DNA of 33,510 nucleotides from a virus (Duplodnaviria; Heunggongvirae; Uroviricota; Caudoviricetes): IMG/VR virus record IMGVR_UViG_2703718823_000008; one strand, 5' to 3'. Shown piece by piece: positions 25,055 to 33,510 of this stretch (position 1 is its first letter; each line of letters starts with the position of its first letter). The notes under the pieces were generated by a model. It saw only the letters and a program-made list of their open reading frames with translations, ran no database searches and was not told where the DNA came from. The position numbers and the translations under genes were made by a program.

Positions 25055-25429
25055 ATGAAAAAGGATCTGAAAACGCTGGCGCTGGCCAGACTGTCAGGGT
25101 TTCGTCATAAAACGGTGAAGGTGCCGGAATGGGGTAATGTCAGCGTGGTGCTGCGGGAGCCTTCGGCAGAGGCCTGGTATCTGTGGCAGGACGTGCTCAA
25201 TGGTGATGGAGAGGATGACGATACCCTGTCGGTGGTGGCGAAAACCCGCCGTAACCTGGAAGCGGATGTGACGCTGTTCTGCGATGTCCTGTGTGATACG
25301 GACCTGCAGCGGGTGTTCACTCCGGACGACCGTGAGCAGGTGCTGGCCGTCTATGGTCCGGTACATGCCCGGTTGCTGCGTCAGGCACTGGAACTGATCG
25401 CTGATGCAGAGTCGGCCAGAAAAAAGTAG
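25055..25429 (+). CDS. G: Tail assembly chaperone G
   Basis: Internal ATG chosen as start (MKKDLKTLALARL); ends at TAG just after the slippery heptamer A AAA AAG. Confidence 0.85.
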   Translation: MKKDLKTLALARLSGFRHKTVKVPEWGNVSVVLREPSAEAWYLWQDVLNGDGEDDDTLSVVAKTRRNLEADVTLFCDVLCDTDLQRVFTPDDREQVLAVYGPVHARLLRQALELIADAESARKK

Positions 25430-25734
25430 CCCGCCCGGAAATTCGCTTTCTGATGCGACTTGCGCTCCGTCTGGGGCGCACCTTATCCGAACTGCGCCAC
25501 AGCCTGAGTGCGAGCGAGGCGATGATGTGGATGGAGTTCGACAGGGTATCCCCGCTGGGTGATGAGCGCGGGGATATCCGTAATGCACAGATCGTGAAAG
25601 CGGTTTTCGGGGCACAGGGGATGAATGTTGCACTGAAGGACGCCATGCTCTGCTGGGGCGAGGATGAGGATAAGCCGGAGGTGGATCCGTTTGCGGCGCT
25701 GGAAGACGCGCTGAGCTTTGCAGCACAGTCATGA
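25055..25734 (+). CDS. GT: Tail assembly chaperone GT fusion produced by -1 programmed ribosomal frameshift at 25420-25426
   Basis: The -1 frame continues open from the slip site into the 25453..25734 ORF; architecture is conserved in lambda-like tail modules. Confidence 0.7.
25420..25426 (+). promoter_or_regulatory. -1 programmed ribosomal frameshift slippery heptamer A-AAA-AAG
   Basis: Heptamer sits 1 nt before the G stop codon; the downstream -1 frame encodes a T-like domain. Confidence 0.7.
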
Positions 25735-25743
25735 ATGATGAGA

Positions 25744-25763
25744 ACCGCTGAGGCGGTTTTTTT
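25744..25763 (+). terminator. Intrinsic terminator-like hairpin upstream of the tape measure gene
   Basis: ACCGC-TGAG-GCGGT followed by T7. Confidence 0.4.
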
Positions 25764-25781
25764 ACGCCCGGAGAAAGGTGA

Positions 25782-28700
25782 ATGGCGACGTTACGTGAAC
25801 TGATTATCAAAATTTCGGCAAATTCACAGTCATTCCAGTCGGAGATCCAGCGGGCATCCCGTATGGGCAGTGAATATTACCGGACCCTGCAGAATGGCGG
25901 ACGTCAGGCTGCTGCGGCAGCCAGGGAGCAGCGCCGGGCTCTGGCTGAGCTGAACAGCCAGTTGACGGAAATCCGCGCTTCGGCTGTCGGAATGACCGGT
26001 GCGTTTGCCGGTGCCTTTGCCACCGGACACCTGATTTCGCTGGCGGATGAATGGAGCTCCGTGAATGCCCGTCTGAAACAGGCGTCGCAGTCATCAGATG
26101 AATTTTCGTCATCACAGAAAGTACTGATGGATATCAGCCAGCGGACAGGCACCGCATTTTCGGATAATGCGGCCCTGTTTGCCCGTTCGGCTGCCTCGAT
26201 GCGTGAATATGGTTACAGTGCTGATGATGTGCTGAAGGTGACGGAGGCCATTTCGACAGGGCTGAAAATTTCCGGTGCCAGTACGGCAGAGGCGGGTTCG
26301 GTGATCACCCAGTTCAGCCAGGCGCTGGCACAGGGTGTGTTACGCGGTGAGGAATTTAATTCGGTCAATGAAAGTGGGGACCGGATCATTCGCGCACTGG
26401 CTGCAGGCATGGGCGTGGCCCGTAAAGATCTGAAGGCGATGGCGGACGATGGTCAACTGACGGCGGATAAAGTCGTTCCCGCGTTAATCAGCCAGCTGGG
26501 GATATTGCGTGATGAATATGCAGCCATGCCGGAAACGGTGGCTGACGGGATCACGAAGGTGGAAAACGCCTTTATGGCCTGGGTGGGTGGCGCGAATGAG
26601 GCCAGCGGAGCGACGAAAACGCTCTCCGGCGTGCTGAACGGTGTGGCCGGAAATATTGATACCGTGGCAACAGCTGCGGGTGTGCTGGTTGCTGTCGGGG
26701 TCGCCCGGTACTTTGGCAATATGGCATCCGGTGTGGGAAAGGCCACGACAGAACTGCTTGCTGCGAAGTCTGGCACTGTTGCCCTGGCAGCGGCGCAGGC
26801 AGATGCTGCGGTTCAGGTGCAACGTAAGGCGGCGGCTGACGCTCTGGCGGCAGAACGTGCCTGGCAACTGGCACAGGCAGAACTCGCCGTGGCCAGAAAT
26901 ACCAGTGCGGAGGCGCTGGTCACACAGAATGCCGTCGCAAAACGTCGGGCCATGATTGTGGCCAATGCTGCACTGGTGCAGTCGAATCATGCAGTGGCGG
27001 CCTCGGGGAAGGCGCTGGAGAATGCCACGTCGGTTACGGGAATGCTGAAAAGTGGCGCTGCATCCCTGCTTTCTCTGGTCGGCGGGATACCCGGTTTACT
27101 GATGCTTGGGGCCGGTGCCTGGTACACGGTGTACCAGCGTCAGGAACAGGCCAGGGAGTCCGCGCGCCAGTATGCATCGACGATTGATGAAATCCGGGCA
27201 AAGCTGCCAGGAATGACCCTTCCGGAACTGGCTGATAATGAGGGTAAAACCCGCGAAGCACTGGAAGAGCAGAATCGTCTGATTGCTGAGCAGGAAAGTA
27301 AAGTCCGGGGACTGAAAACACAGATTGCTGACTATCAGCGCTGGCTGCAGGAAAATCCACAGGGTGGTTCAGGTGCGGAGATTATAACCCACGGCCTTGC
27401 TGAGGCAACCGGCAGGCTGGCGGTTGAACAGTCACGACTGACACAGATGCAGGAAAGGGCGAGGTCTGTACAGGAAACGCTGGCGTCACTGGAGTACAAC
27501 CGTGTAGCGAGGATACGTGAGGAGGCGGCAGAGCAGAACAGGGCATACCAGGCATTACTGCAGATGAATGTTCAGCATACGGAATTCAACCGCCTGCTGG
27601 GGCTGGGTAATGAACTGCTGCAACAGCGTCAGGGACTGGCGAGTGTACCGCTGCGACTGCCACAGGCCACTCTGGATGATAAACAGCAGAGCGCCCTGAA
27701 TAACACAGAGCGTCAACTTGCCCTGTCCCGGCGGAAAGGGGAAGAAAAAGAGCGTGCCCGGCTGGGGTATGCGGCGGATGACCTTGGTCTGGTAGGGGAT
27801 ACGTATCAGGAGGCGAGGCAGCGTTACATCCGTAATTCGATGGAAGCCTGGCGCAATAATGAGGCGAATAAACCCAAATCCCGGGGCGGAAAATCTGAGA
27901 CGGAAAAAGCGGAAGACAGTTTTTCCCGTCTGCTGAAGCAGCAGAAGGAACAACTGGGACTGGCAGGGAAGAATACAGAACTGGCAAAACTGAAATACCA
28001 GACCTCGCAGGGCGAGCTGAAAACCCTGACGGAGATACAGAAGCAGGAGCTGCTGCGCAATGCTGCCCTGATTGACCAGAAGAAAATCCGGGAGCAGTTA
28101 CGGGCCCGGGAGGAGACCCTGAAAAATGATAATGCAGACGCAAGGGCATCAAATGACGCAGAGCTGCTGGGGTACGGGCAGGGTGAGCGGGGCCGTGAAC
28201 GGATGCGGGAGCTGCAGCAGATTCGTGACGGCTACCGCCAGAAGGATGCGGACCTGCAGTCTCAGTATCAGACAGGGGATATCAGTGAGGATTTTTACAG
28301 ACAGGCGCTGGCGCAGAATGCGCAGTATCTGAGTGAACGCCTTAAAGACCAGGAGGCTTTTTATGCCGAATCGGATGCGCAGCGTGCTGACTGGCAGAAA
28401 GGACTGCAGGAGGGGGTCAGCAACTGGGTGGACAGCGCATCAGATTACGCTTCACAGGCAGCACAGCTTGCGACAGACGGTATCTCAGGGATGGTAAGTA
28501 ACATCACGGATATGCTGAACGGAAATAAAGTGGAATGGCGCAGCTGGGCTGCATCAATCCTGCAGGAAATATCAAAAGTTCTTATGAATGCGGCCATTGT
28601 CAACGGCATTAAGATGGCGGCAAACAGTATGTCCGGTGCAGGAGGATTTTTCGGCAGTATAGGCAACTGGCTGGGTGGCGCGGTGGCAAATGCAAAAGGC

Positions 28701-29048
28701 GGCGTTTATACCTCGGCAAACCTGAGTGCATACAGTAACAGTATTGTGGACACGCCCACGTACTTTGCCTTTGCAAAAGGGGCAGGGCTGATGGGGGAGG
28801 CCGGACCTGAAGCCATAATGCCCCTGACCCGGGCAGCGGATGGTTCACTCGGCGTGCGTGCGGTGGGCAGCATGAACGGCAGTGCGGGTCTGGTGTATTC
28901 TCCGGTGTACCACATCGCCATTCAGAATGACGGCGCTAACGGGCAGATAGGGCCGGAAGCGGCGGGCACCCTTGTGCAACTGATTGACCAGCGGGTACAG
29001 GCGGTGATGCTGTCCATGCGACGTGACGGGGGAATGCTGAGTGGATGA
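25782..29048 (+). CDS. H: Tail tape measure protein (lambda H-like)
   Basis: 1088-aa ORF, Ala/Gln-rich coiled-coil composition; position after G/GT. Confidence 0.92.
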   Translation: MATLRELIIKISANSQSFQSEIQRASRMGSEYYRTLQNGGRQAAAAAREQRRALAELNSQLTEIRASAVGMTGAFAGAFATGHLISLADEWSSVNARLKQASQSSDEFSSSQKVLMDISQRTGTAFSDNAALFARSAASMREYGYSADDVLKVTEAISTGLKISGASTAEAGSVITQFSQALAQGVLRGEEFNSVNESGDRIIRALAAGMGVARKDLKAMADDGQLTADKVVPALISQLGILRDEYAAMPETVADGITKVENAFMAWVGGANEASGATKTLSGVLNGVAGNIDTVATAAGVLVAVGVARYFGNMASGVGKATTELLAAKSGTVALAAAQADAAVQVQRKAAADALAAERAWQLAQAELAVARNTSAEALVTQNAVAKRRAMIVANAALVQSNHAVAASGKALENATSVTGMLKSGAASLLSLVGGIPGLLMLGAGAWYTVYQRQEQARESARQYASTIDEIRAKLPGMTLPELADNEGKTREALEEQNRLIAEQESKVRGLKTQIADYQRWLQENPQGGSGAEIITHGLAEATGRLAVEQSRLTQMQERARSVQETLASLEYNRVARIREEAAEQNRAYQALLQMNVQHTEFNRLLGLGNELLQQRQGLASVPLRLPQATLDDKQQSALNNTERQLALSRRKGEEKERARLGYAADDLGLVGDTYQEARQRYIRNSMEAWRNNEANKPKSRGGKSETEKAEDSFSRLLKQQKEQLGLAGKNTELAKLKYQTSQGELKTLTEIQKQELLRNAALIDQKKIREQLRAREETLKNDNADARASNDAELLGYGQGERGRERMRELQQIRDGYRQKDADLQSQYQTGDISEDFYRQALAQNAQYLSERLKDQEAFYAESDAQRADWQKGLQEGVSNWVDSASDYASQAAQLATDGISGMVSNITDMLNGNKVEWRSWAASILQEISKVLMNAAIVNGIKMAANSMSGAGGFFGSIGNWLGGAVANAKGGVYTSANLSAYSNSIVDTPTYFAFAKGAGLMGEAGPEAIMPLTRAADGSLGVRAVGSMNGSAGLVYSPVYHIAIQNDGANGQIGPEAAGTLVQLIDQRVQAVMLSMRRDGGMLSG

Positions 29049-29382
29049 GATTAAGACCCTTCACTGGTGTCCCCGGGAAGGGATGCAGGTGACGGAGAAA
29101 CCGTCGGTGATGACGGTGAAGTTTGGCGACGGTTATCAGCAGCGTCGTCCGGCAGGACTGAATGCGCAACTGAAGACCTTTCAGGTGGTTTTTCGGGTGA
29201 CAACGGATGCTGAGCGGGAGGCACTGTCCGCGTTTCTGTCATGGCATGGTGGTTACCGGGCTTTTTTGTGGAAGCCCCCGAAACATAACCGGACGGTCAG
29301 GGTGGTGTGCCGGGAGTGGAGTATTACGGATAACGCCCGGTACAGTGATTTCAGTTGCACGATAGAGCAGGTAGTTAGATGA
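29041..29382 (+). CDS. M: Minor tail protein M
   Basis: 113-aa ORF alignable to lambda gpM (KFGDGY-QR-PAGLNA-LKT...FL--HGG---FLW-PP...V-C--WS). Confidence 0.85.
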   Translation: MDEIKTLHWCPREGMQVTEKPSVMTVKFGDGYQQRRPAGLNAQLKTFQVVFRVTTDAEREALSAFLSWHGGYRAFLWKPPKHNRTVRVVCREWSITDNARYSDFSCTIEQVVR

Positions 29383-29580
29383 GAATTATCCTATAAATCA
29401 TTCTTTATTGTTTAGTTGTTAATTATTTTTAATCTGTCTTGTCAGAAAGTGCGAAATCGATCCTGTATTTACATTTTGTTACGTAATATAAATTGAACTA
29501 AGAATTTGTATTAAAATATTTTAATTTTTGTTCATGACATCTGAATGCATGAATAGTTCAGTTTAAATAAGGATTAAATC
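29383..29580 (+). promoter_or_regulatory. AT-rich promoter-like leader of the porin moron
   Basis: About 200 bp of very low GC directly upstream of the porin gene inside an otherwise tightly packed tail operon. Confidence 0.35.
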
Positions 29581-30675
29581 ATGAAAAAAATGACAGTGGC
29601 ACTTTCTGCTGTAGCAGTTGCAGTGATGTTTGCTGCGGGGGCGCAGGCAGCAGAAGTTTATAATAAAGATGGTAATAAACTGGATCTTTACGGGCGTGCA
29701 ACCGCTCTGCATTACTTCTCGGATGATAAAGGTAATGACGGAGATCAGACTTACGCTCGTCTCGGCTTTAAAGGCGAAACGCAGATTAATGATCAACTGA
29801 CCGGATTTGGTCAGTGGGAATACCAGTTCTCTGGTAACAAAACGGAATCTGAAGGTTCCGCGGGAAATAAAACCCGTCTGGCATTTGCAGGTCTGAGATT
29901 TGCTGATGTTGGTAGCATTGATTACGGTCGTAACTACGGTATTGCTTACGATGTCGGATCATATACTGACGTACTGCCAGAGTTTGGTGGTGATGGCTGG
30001 ACTCAGACCGATAACTTTATGACTGCCCGAACTTCCGGAGTTCTGACCTACCGTAATACAGATTTCTTTGGGCTGGTTGATGGTCTGAATTTTGCGGCGC
30101 AGTATCAGGGCAAAAATGAGCGCGATGACCTCCAGAAGGCCAATGGTGATGGGTATGGTTTCTCAGCCAGCTATGAGTTTGATGGTTTTGGTCTCGTAGC
30201 GGCGTACACGAAATCTGACCGTACTGATAAGCAGGTTAATGGAGGAAGCTCTGTTGCCAGTGGTAAATATGCTGAAATGTGGGGGGCTGGTCTGAAATAT
30301 GATGCCAATAATCTGTATATTGCGACAATATATTCAGAGACCCAAAATATGACGGCTTTTGGCGATAAGGTTAACGGCATTGCGGATAAGGCAGAAAACG
30401 TTGAAGCTGTAGCGCAATATCAGTTTGATTTTGGTTTACGTCCATCACTGGCATTCCTGCAGTCTCGTGGGCAGGAGGTTATAGTTGGTGGGAAAAACTA
30501 TGGGGATCAGGACCTGGTTAAATATATTGATGTTGGAGCAACATATTACTTCAACAAAAATATGTCTACCTATGTTGATTATAAAATTAACCTGATTGAC
30601 GAAAACAAATTTACTCAGAAAGCCGGTATTACTACAGATGATATTGTTGCTGTGGGTATGACTTATCAGTTCTGA
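29581..30675 (+). CDS. General bacterial porin (OmpC/OmpF/PhoE/NmpC family), phage-encoded moron
   Basis: 364-aa ORF with signal peptide [38 protein letters not shown] and C-terminal beta-barrel signature ending in F. Confidence 0.9.
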   Translation: MKKMTVALSAVAVAVMFAAGAQAAEVYNKDGNKLDLYGRATALHYFSDDKGNDGDQTYARLGFKGETQINDQLTGFGQWEYQFSGNKTESEGSAGNKTRLAFAGLRFADVGSIDYGRNYGIAYDVGSYTDVLPEFGGDGWTQTDNFMTARTSGVLTYRNTDFFGLVDGLNFAAQYQGKNERDDLQKANGDGYGFSASYEFDGFGLVAAYTKSDRTDKQVNGGSSVASGKYAEMWGAGLKYDANNLYIATIYSETQNMTAFGDKVNGIADKAENVEAVAQYQFDFGLRPSLAFLQSRGQEVIVGGKNYGDQDLVKYIDVGATYYFNKNMSTYVDYKINLIDENKFTQKAGITTDDIVAVGMTYQF

Positions 30676-30848
30676 TTGTTGCTGGTAAGTTAATGGTTAC
30701 AGGCCGTCTGCCCTTACAGGCGGTCTGTATCAATGAAAACAGTGTTTTCATTGGTCACTGCAATCAGCAATTGCCATCTGGCATATGCTGATTTAACTTT
30801 CTGTTATTACCTTTATTGGTTTTATTTTAAATTGGACTTTTATTGTTC

Positions 30849-30872
30849 GGGGCGCGGTTGCGCCCCTTTTTT
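30849..30872 (+). terminator. Intrinsic terminator closing the porin moron, just upstream of gene L
   Basis: 7-bp GC stem GGGGCGC/GCGCCCC with loop GGTT followed by T6. Confidence 0.55.
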
Positions 30873-30884
30873 ATGGGCGGATAT

Positions 30885-31583
30885 ATGCAGGATATTCACG
30901 AAGCAAGCCTGAACGAGTCGGTTAAATCAGAGCAGTCACCGCGGGTGGTGCTCTGGGAAATCGACCTGACTGTGCAGGGCGGTGAACGGTATTTTTTCTG
31001 CAATGAGCTGAATGAAAAAGGGGAGCCGGTGACCTGGCAGGGGCGGAAGTATGAGGCGTACCCGATTGAGGGCAGCGGCTTTGAGATGAACGGAAAGGGC
31101 AGCAGTGCCCGCCCGTCGCTGACGGTGTCCAATCTGTTCGGCCTTGTCACCGGGATGGCGGAGGATTTGCAGAGCCTGGTGGGTGCCACGGTGGTCCGCC
31201 GCCGGGTGTATGCCCGTTTTCTGGATGCGGTGAATTTTGTGGCGGGGAATCCGGAGGCCGACCCGGAGCAGGAGCTGACGGACCGGTGGGTGGTGGAGCA
31301 GATGTCATCGCTGACAGCCATGACGGCCTCGTTTGTGCTGGCGACACCGACGGAGACGGACGGGGCGCTGTTTCCCGGTCGCATCATGCTGGCGAACACC
31401 TGTATGTGGGATTACCGGGGCGATGAATGCGGGTATAACGGTCCTGCAGTGGCGGATGAGTTCGACAACCCCACCACGGATATCCGGAAGGACAGATGCA
31501 GTAAATACATGCGCGGGTGTGAGATGCGCGGCATGGCGGTTAATTTTGGCGGTTTCCTTTCCATTAATAAACTTTCGCAGTAA
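30885..31583 (+). CDS. L: Minor tail protein L
   Basis: Internal ATG chosen (MQDIHEASLNES...); strong alignment to lambda gpL including the C-terminal NFGGFLSINKLSQ. Confidence 0.92.
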   Translation: MQDIHEASLNESVKSEQSPRVVLWEIDLTVQGGERYFFCNELNEKGEPVTWQGRKYEAYPIEGSGFEMNGKGSSARPSLTVSNLFGLVTGMAEDLQSLVGATVVRRRVYARFLDAVNFVAGNPEADPEQELTDRWVVEQMSSLTAMTASFVLATPTETDGALFPGRIMLANTCMWDYRGDECGYNGPAVADEFDNPTTDIRKDRCSKYMRGCEMRGMAVNFGGFLSINKLSQ

Positions 31584-31593
31584 ATCCTGTTTT

Positions 31594-32337
31594 ATGACAC
31601 AGACTGAATCAGCGATTCTGGCGCATGCCCGGCGGTGTGCGCCTGAGGAGTCGTGCGGCTTCGTGATAAGCACGCCGGAGGGCAACCTGTACCAGCCGTG
31701 CGTGAATATCTCTGCAGAGCCTGAGGCATATTTTCGTATTGCACCGGAAGACTGGCTGCGGGCAGAGATGCAGGGGGAGATTGTGGCGCTGGTCCACAGT
31801 CATCCCGGTGGTCTGCCCTGGCTGAGCGAGGCTGACCGGCGGCTGCAGATAAAAAGCGCACTGCCCTGGTGGCTGGTCAGCCGGGGGGAAATTCACCGGT
31901 TCCGCTGTGTGCCGCACCTGACCGGACGGCGCTTTGAACACGGTGTGACGGACTGTTACACCCTGTTCCTGGATGCATACCATCTGGCGGGGATTGAGAT
32001 GCCGGATTTTCACCGCGAGGATGACTGGTGGCGCAACGGTCAGAACCTGTACCTGGACAACCTGGCGGAAAACGGCTTTTACCGTGTGTCTCCGTCCTGT
32101 GCACAGGCAGGCGATATCCTGCTGTGCTGCTTTGGCGCATCGGTGCCGAATCATGCCGCCATTTACTGTGGCAACGGTGAGCTGCTTCACCATATACCTG
32201 AACAACTGAGTAAACGGGAGAGGTATTCAGAGAAATGGCAACGACGAACGCATTCTGTCTGGCGTCACCGCCACTGGTCCGCATCTGCCTTCACGGGGAT
32301 TTACAACGATTTGGTCGCCGCATCAGCCTGTATGTGA
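31594..32337 (+). CDS. K: Tail assembly protein K (NlpC/P60-like plus JAB/MPN-like)
   Basis: Internal ATG chosen (MTQTESAILAHARRCAP...); strong similarity to lambda gpK. Confidence 0.9.
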   Translation: MTQTESAILAHARRCAPEESCGFVISTPEGNLYQPCVNISAEPEAYFRIAPEDWLRAEMQGEIVALVHSHPGGLPWLSEADRRLQIKSALPWWLVSRGEIHRFRCVPHLTGRRFEHGVTDCYTLFLDAYHLAGIEMPDFHREDDWWRNGQNLYLDNLAENGFYRVSPSCAQAGDILLCCFGASVPNHAAIYCGNGELLHHIPEQLSKRERYSEKWQRRTHSVWRHRHWSASAFTGIYNDLVAASACM

Positions 32338-32915
32338 ACACGGCAGCGGAGGCTATCCGTGCCCTGTCGCTGCAGGTGCCGGGATTCCGCTGTCAGATGA
32401 ACGAAGGCTGGTACCAGATACGTATTGCCGGTGAGGATACCGCGCCGGAGGCGGTGTATGCCCGTCTTCATGAACCGCTGAGCGGGAGGGCCGTGATTCA
32501 TATTGTACCGCGGCTGGCAGGGGCCGGGGGAAATGGTGTTTTTCAGGTGGTGCTGGGGGCAGCAGCCATCGTGGGCTCTTTCTTCACCGCCGGTGCAATG
32601 ATGGCGTTGTGGGGCGCAGCCCTGAGTGCCGGAGGGCTGACTGCCACCACGATGCTGTTCTCACTGGGTGCCAGCATGATACTGGGTGGTGTGGCCCAGA
32701 TGCTGGCCCCGAAGGCAAAGACGCCGGAGTACAAAAGCACGGATAACGGCAGACAGAACACGTATTTTTCGTCACTGGACAACATGATTGCCCAGGGGAA
32801 CCCGATGCCGGTGCCTTACGGTGAAATGCTGGTTGGCTCACGACGGATATCCCAGGACATCAGCACCCGTGATGAGGGCAGTGACGGGAAAGTGGTGGTT
32901 ATCGGGCGAGGATGA
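32235..32915 (+). CDS. I: Tail assembly protein I
   Basis: 226-aa ORF overlapping the end of K as in lambda; similarity to lambda gpI. Confidence 0.9.
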   Translation: MATTNAFCLASPPLVRICLHGDLQRFGRRISLYVNTAAEAIRALSLQVPGFRCQMNEGWYQIRIAGEDTAPEAVYARLHEPLSGRAVIHIVPRLAGAGGNGVFQVVLGAAAIVGSFFTAGAMMALWGAALSAGGLTATTMLFSLGASMILGGVAQMLAPKAKTPEYKSTDNGRQNTYFSSLDNMIAQGNPMPVPYGEMLVGSRRISQDISTRDEGSDGKVVVIGRG

Positions 32916-33060
32916 AAATAAAAAAATCCCGCAGTGCTCGGCGCCTGCGGGAAGAGAACGATGTTGACTAACCTGTTGGCGTTTTATTTTTATTTACCCG
33001 CAAAAAATGTAACGCAGCGTCATTATTGTGGCTACAGGTAATTTGCAGAAATGTGAATAA
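32916..33060 (-). repeat. I-J intergenic repeat unit 1: minus-strand terminator-capped element (candidate sRNA)
   Basis: A7-CCCGCAG-loop-CTGCGGG hairpin (terminator on the minus strand) plus conserved block AAAAATGTAACGCAGCGTCATTATTGTGGCTACAGG; duplicated at 33143-33300. Confidence 0.5.
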
Positions 33061-33142
33061 ATTCAGACTTTTTATCCGGTAGCGGGGGAGCGGAAGCCAG
33101 GCGGGTATCTGTGGAAGAAGACAGATAACATCGTGCCGGGTT

Positions 33143-33300
33143 TAAGGGATAAAAAAATCCCGCAGAATCAGCGGAGCTGCGGGAGAGAACGATGAAGATT
33201 AACGTTATGGAGTTATTTTTCAGGCATCAAAAATGTAACGCAGCGTCATTATTGTGGCTACAGGCAATTGCCGGAAATGTGAAGAATTTCAGAAATTTTA
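33143..33300 (-). repeat. I-J intergenic repeat unit 2: minus-strand terminator-capped element (candidate sRNA)
   Basis: Same conserved blocks and hairpin stem as unit 1, with a different loop sequence. Confidence 0.5.
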
Positions 33301-33314
33301 TTCCGTCATGACAC

Positions 33315-33343
33315 AGGCACCCTCCGGGGTGCCTGTTGTTTTT
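33315..33343 (+). terminator. Terminator-like hairpin just upstream of J
   Basis: AGGCACCC-TCCG-GGGTGCCT followed by GTTGTTTTT. Confidence 0.35.
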
Positions 33344-33393
33344 GGGCATAAACAGATTCAGACATCAGACATCAGACAGGAGAGGGGGACAGA

Positions 33394-33510
33394 GTGGGTA
33401 AAGGGGGCGGCAAGGGGCACACACCGCGTGAGGCGAAGGACAATCTCAAATCCACGCAGATGATGAGCGTGATTGATGCCATTGGTGAGGGACCGGTGGA
33501 AGGCCCGGTG
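33394..33510 (+). CDS. J: Tail tip / host-specificity protein J, N-terminal 39 codons (continues beyond the window)
   Basis: GTG start with AGGAGAGGGGG SD; N-terminus VGKGGGKGHTPREAKDNLKSTQMMSVIDAIGEGPVEGPV matches the lambda J N-terminus. Confidence 0.85.
   Translation, partial: MGKGGGKGHTPREAKDNLKSTQMMSVIDAIGEGPVEGPV

Larger units (their letters stand above)
1..33510. mobile_element. Lambdoid prophage segment (Stx-phage-like late-region layout without stx; HK97-type packaging/head; lambda-type tail)
   Basis: Uninterrupted phage gene order: RusA, Q-like, methylase, tRNAs, NanS-p-like, S/R/Rz/Rz1, HNH, terS, terL, capsid, portal, V, G/GT, H, M, L, K, I, J; no host housekeeping genes seen. 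Confidence 0.9.

Noticed and set aside
25094-25810. 238-aa minus-strand ORF antisense to G/GT
   Set aside because: Overlaps the conserved tail chaperone genes and frameshift site; GC-rich antisense frame artefact
27586-28152. 188-aa minus-strand ORF inside the tape measure gene
   Set aside because: Antisense frame within a 1088-aa conserved CDS
31609-32205. 198-aa minus-strand ORF antisense to gene K
   Set aside because: K has strong similarity to lambda gpK; the antisense ORF is an artefact of high GC
33254-33463. 69-aa plus-strand ORF overlapping the J start
   Set aside because: Out of frame with the clearly recognisable J N-terminus and spans the upstream hairpin
1-33510. Integrase, attachment sites or a canonical defence system (restriction-modification pair, abortive infection, toxin-antitoxin)
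   Set aside because: None found in this window; the methyltransferase is orphan and the HNH gene is the terminase-associated type

Overview
This window is a contiguous stretch of a lambdoid prophage of enterobacterial (E. coli-like) type, read left to right on the + strand. It runs from the nin-like early region, through the late accessory locus, lysis cassette, packaging and head genes, into a lambda-type tail module, ending at the start of J. All calls rest on reading the sequence and on recalled family signatures; no database search was run. The content in order: (1) an accessory ParB-like/PAPS-reductase-like pair (IbrB/IbrA-like) on the minus strand, then a DUF968 protein, RusA and a Q-like antiterminator followed by stacked intrinsic terminators; (2) an orphan DNA methyltransferase and two tRNAs (Ile2-type CAU, Arg UCG); (3) at the position where Stx-converting phages carry stxAB, a lipoprotein with a TolA C-terminal domain plus an array of about 270-bp structured repeats and a methyltransferase 3' pseudogene fragment, with no stx genes; (4) a NanS-p-like esterase and a phage-21-type lysis cassette (pinholin, SAR endolysin, Rz/Rz1); (5) a second lipoprotein carrying a TonB C-terminal domain; (6) RHH protein, HNH endonuclease, cos-like region, terminase small and large subunits, a prohead-protease/major-capsid fusion, portal, a protein with 162-bp tandem repeats, and head-tail joining genes; (7) tail genes V, G/GT (with a -1 frameshift site), H, M, a porin moron inserted between M and L, then L, K, I, a duplicated noncoding element between I and J, and the J start. 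The strongest candidates for something undescribed are the two lipoprotein-anchored stand-alone TolA and TonB C-terminal domains, which I propose as decoys for Tol- and TonB-dependent import. Secondary candidates are the IbrAB-like module and the terminator-capped structured repeats. Two-base N runs occur at 5978-5979, 22062-22063 and 22224-22225.
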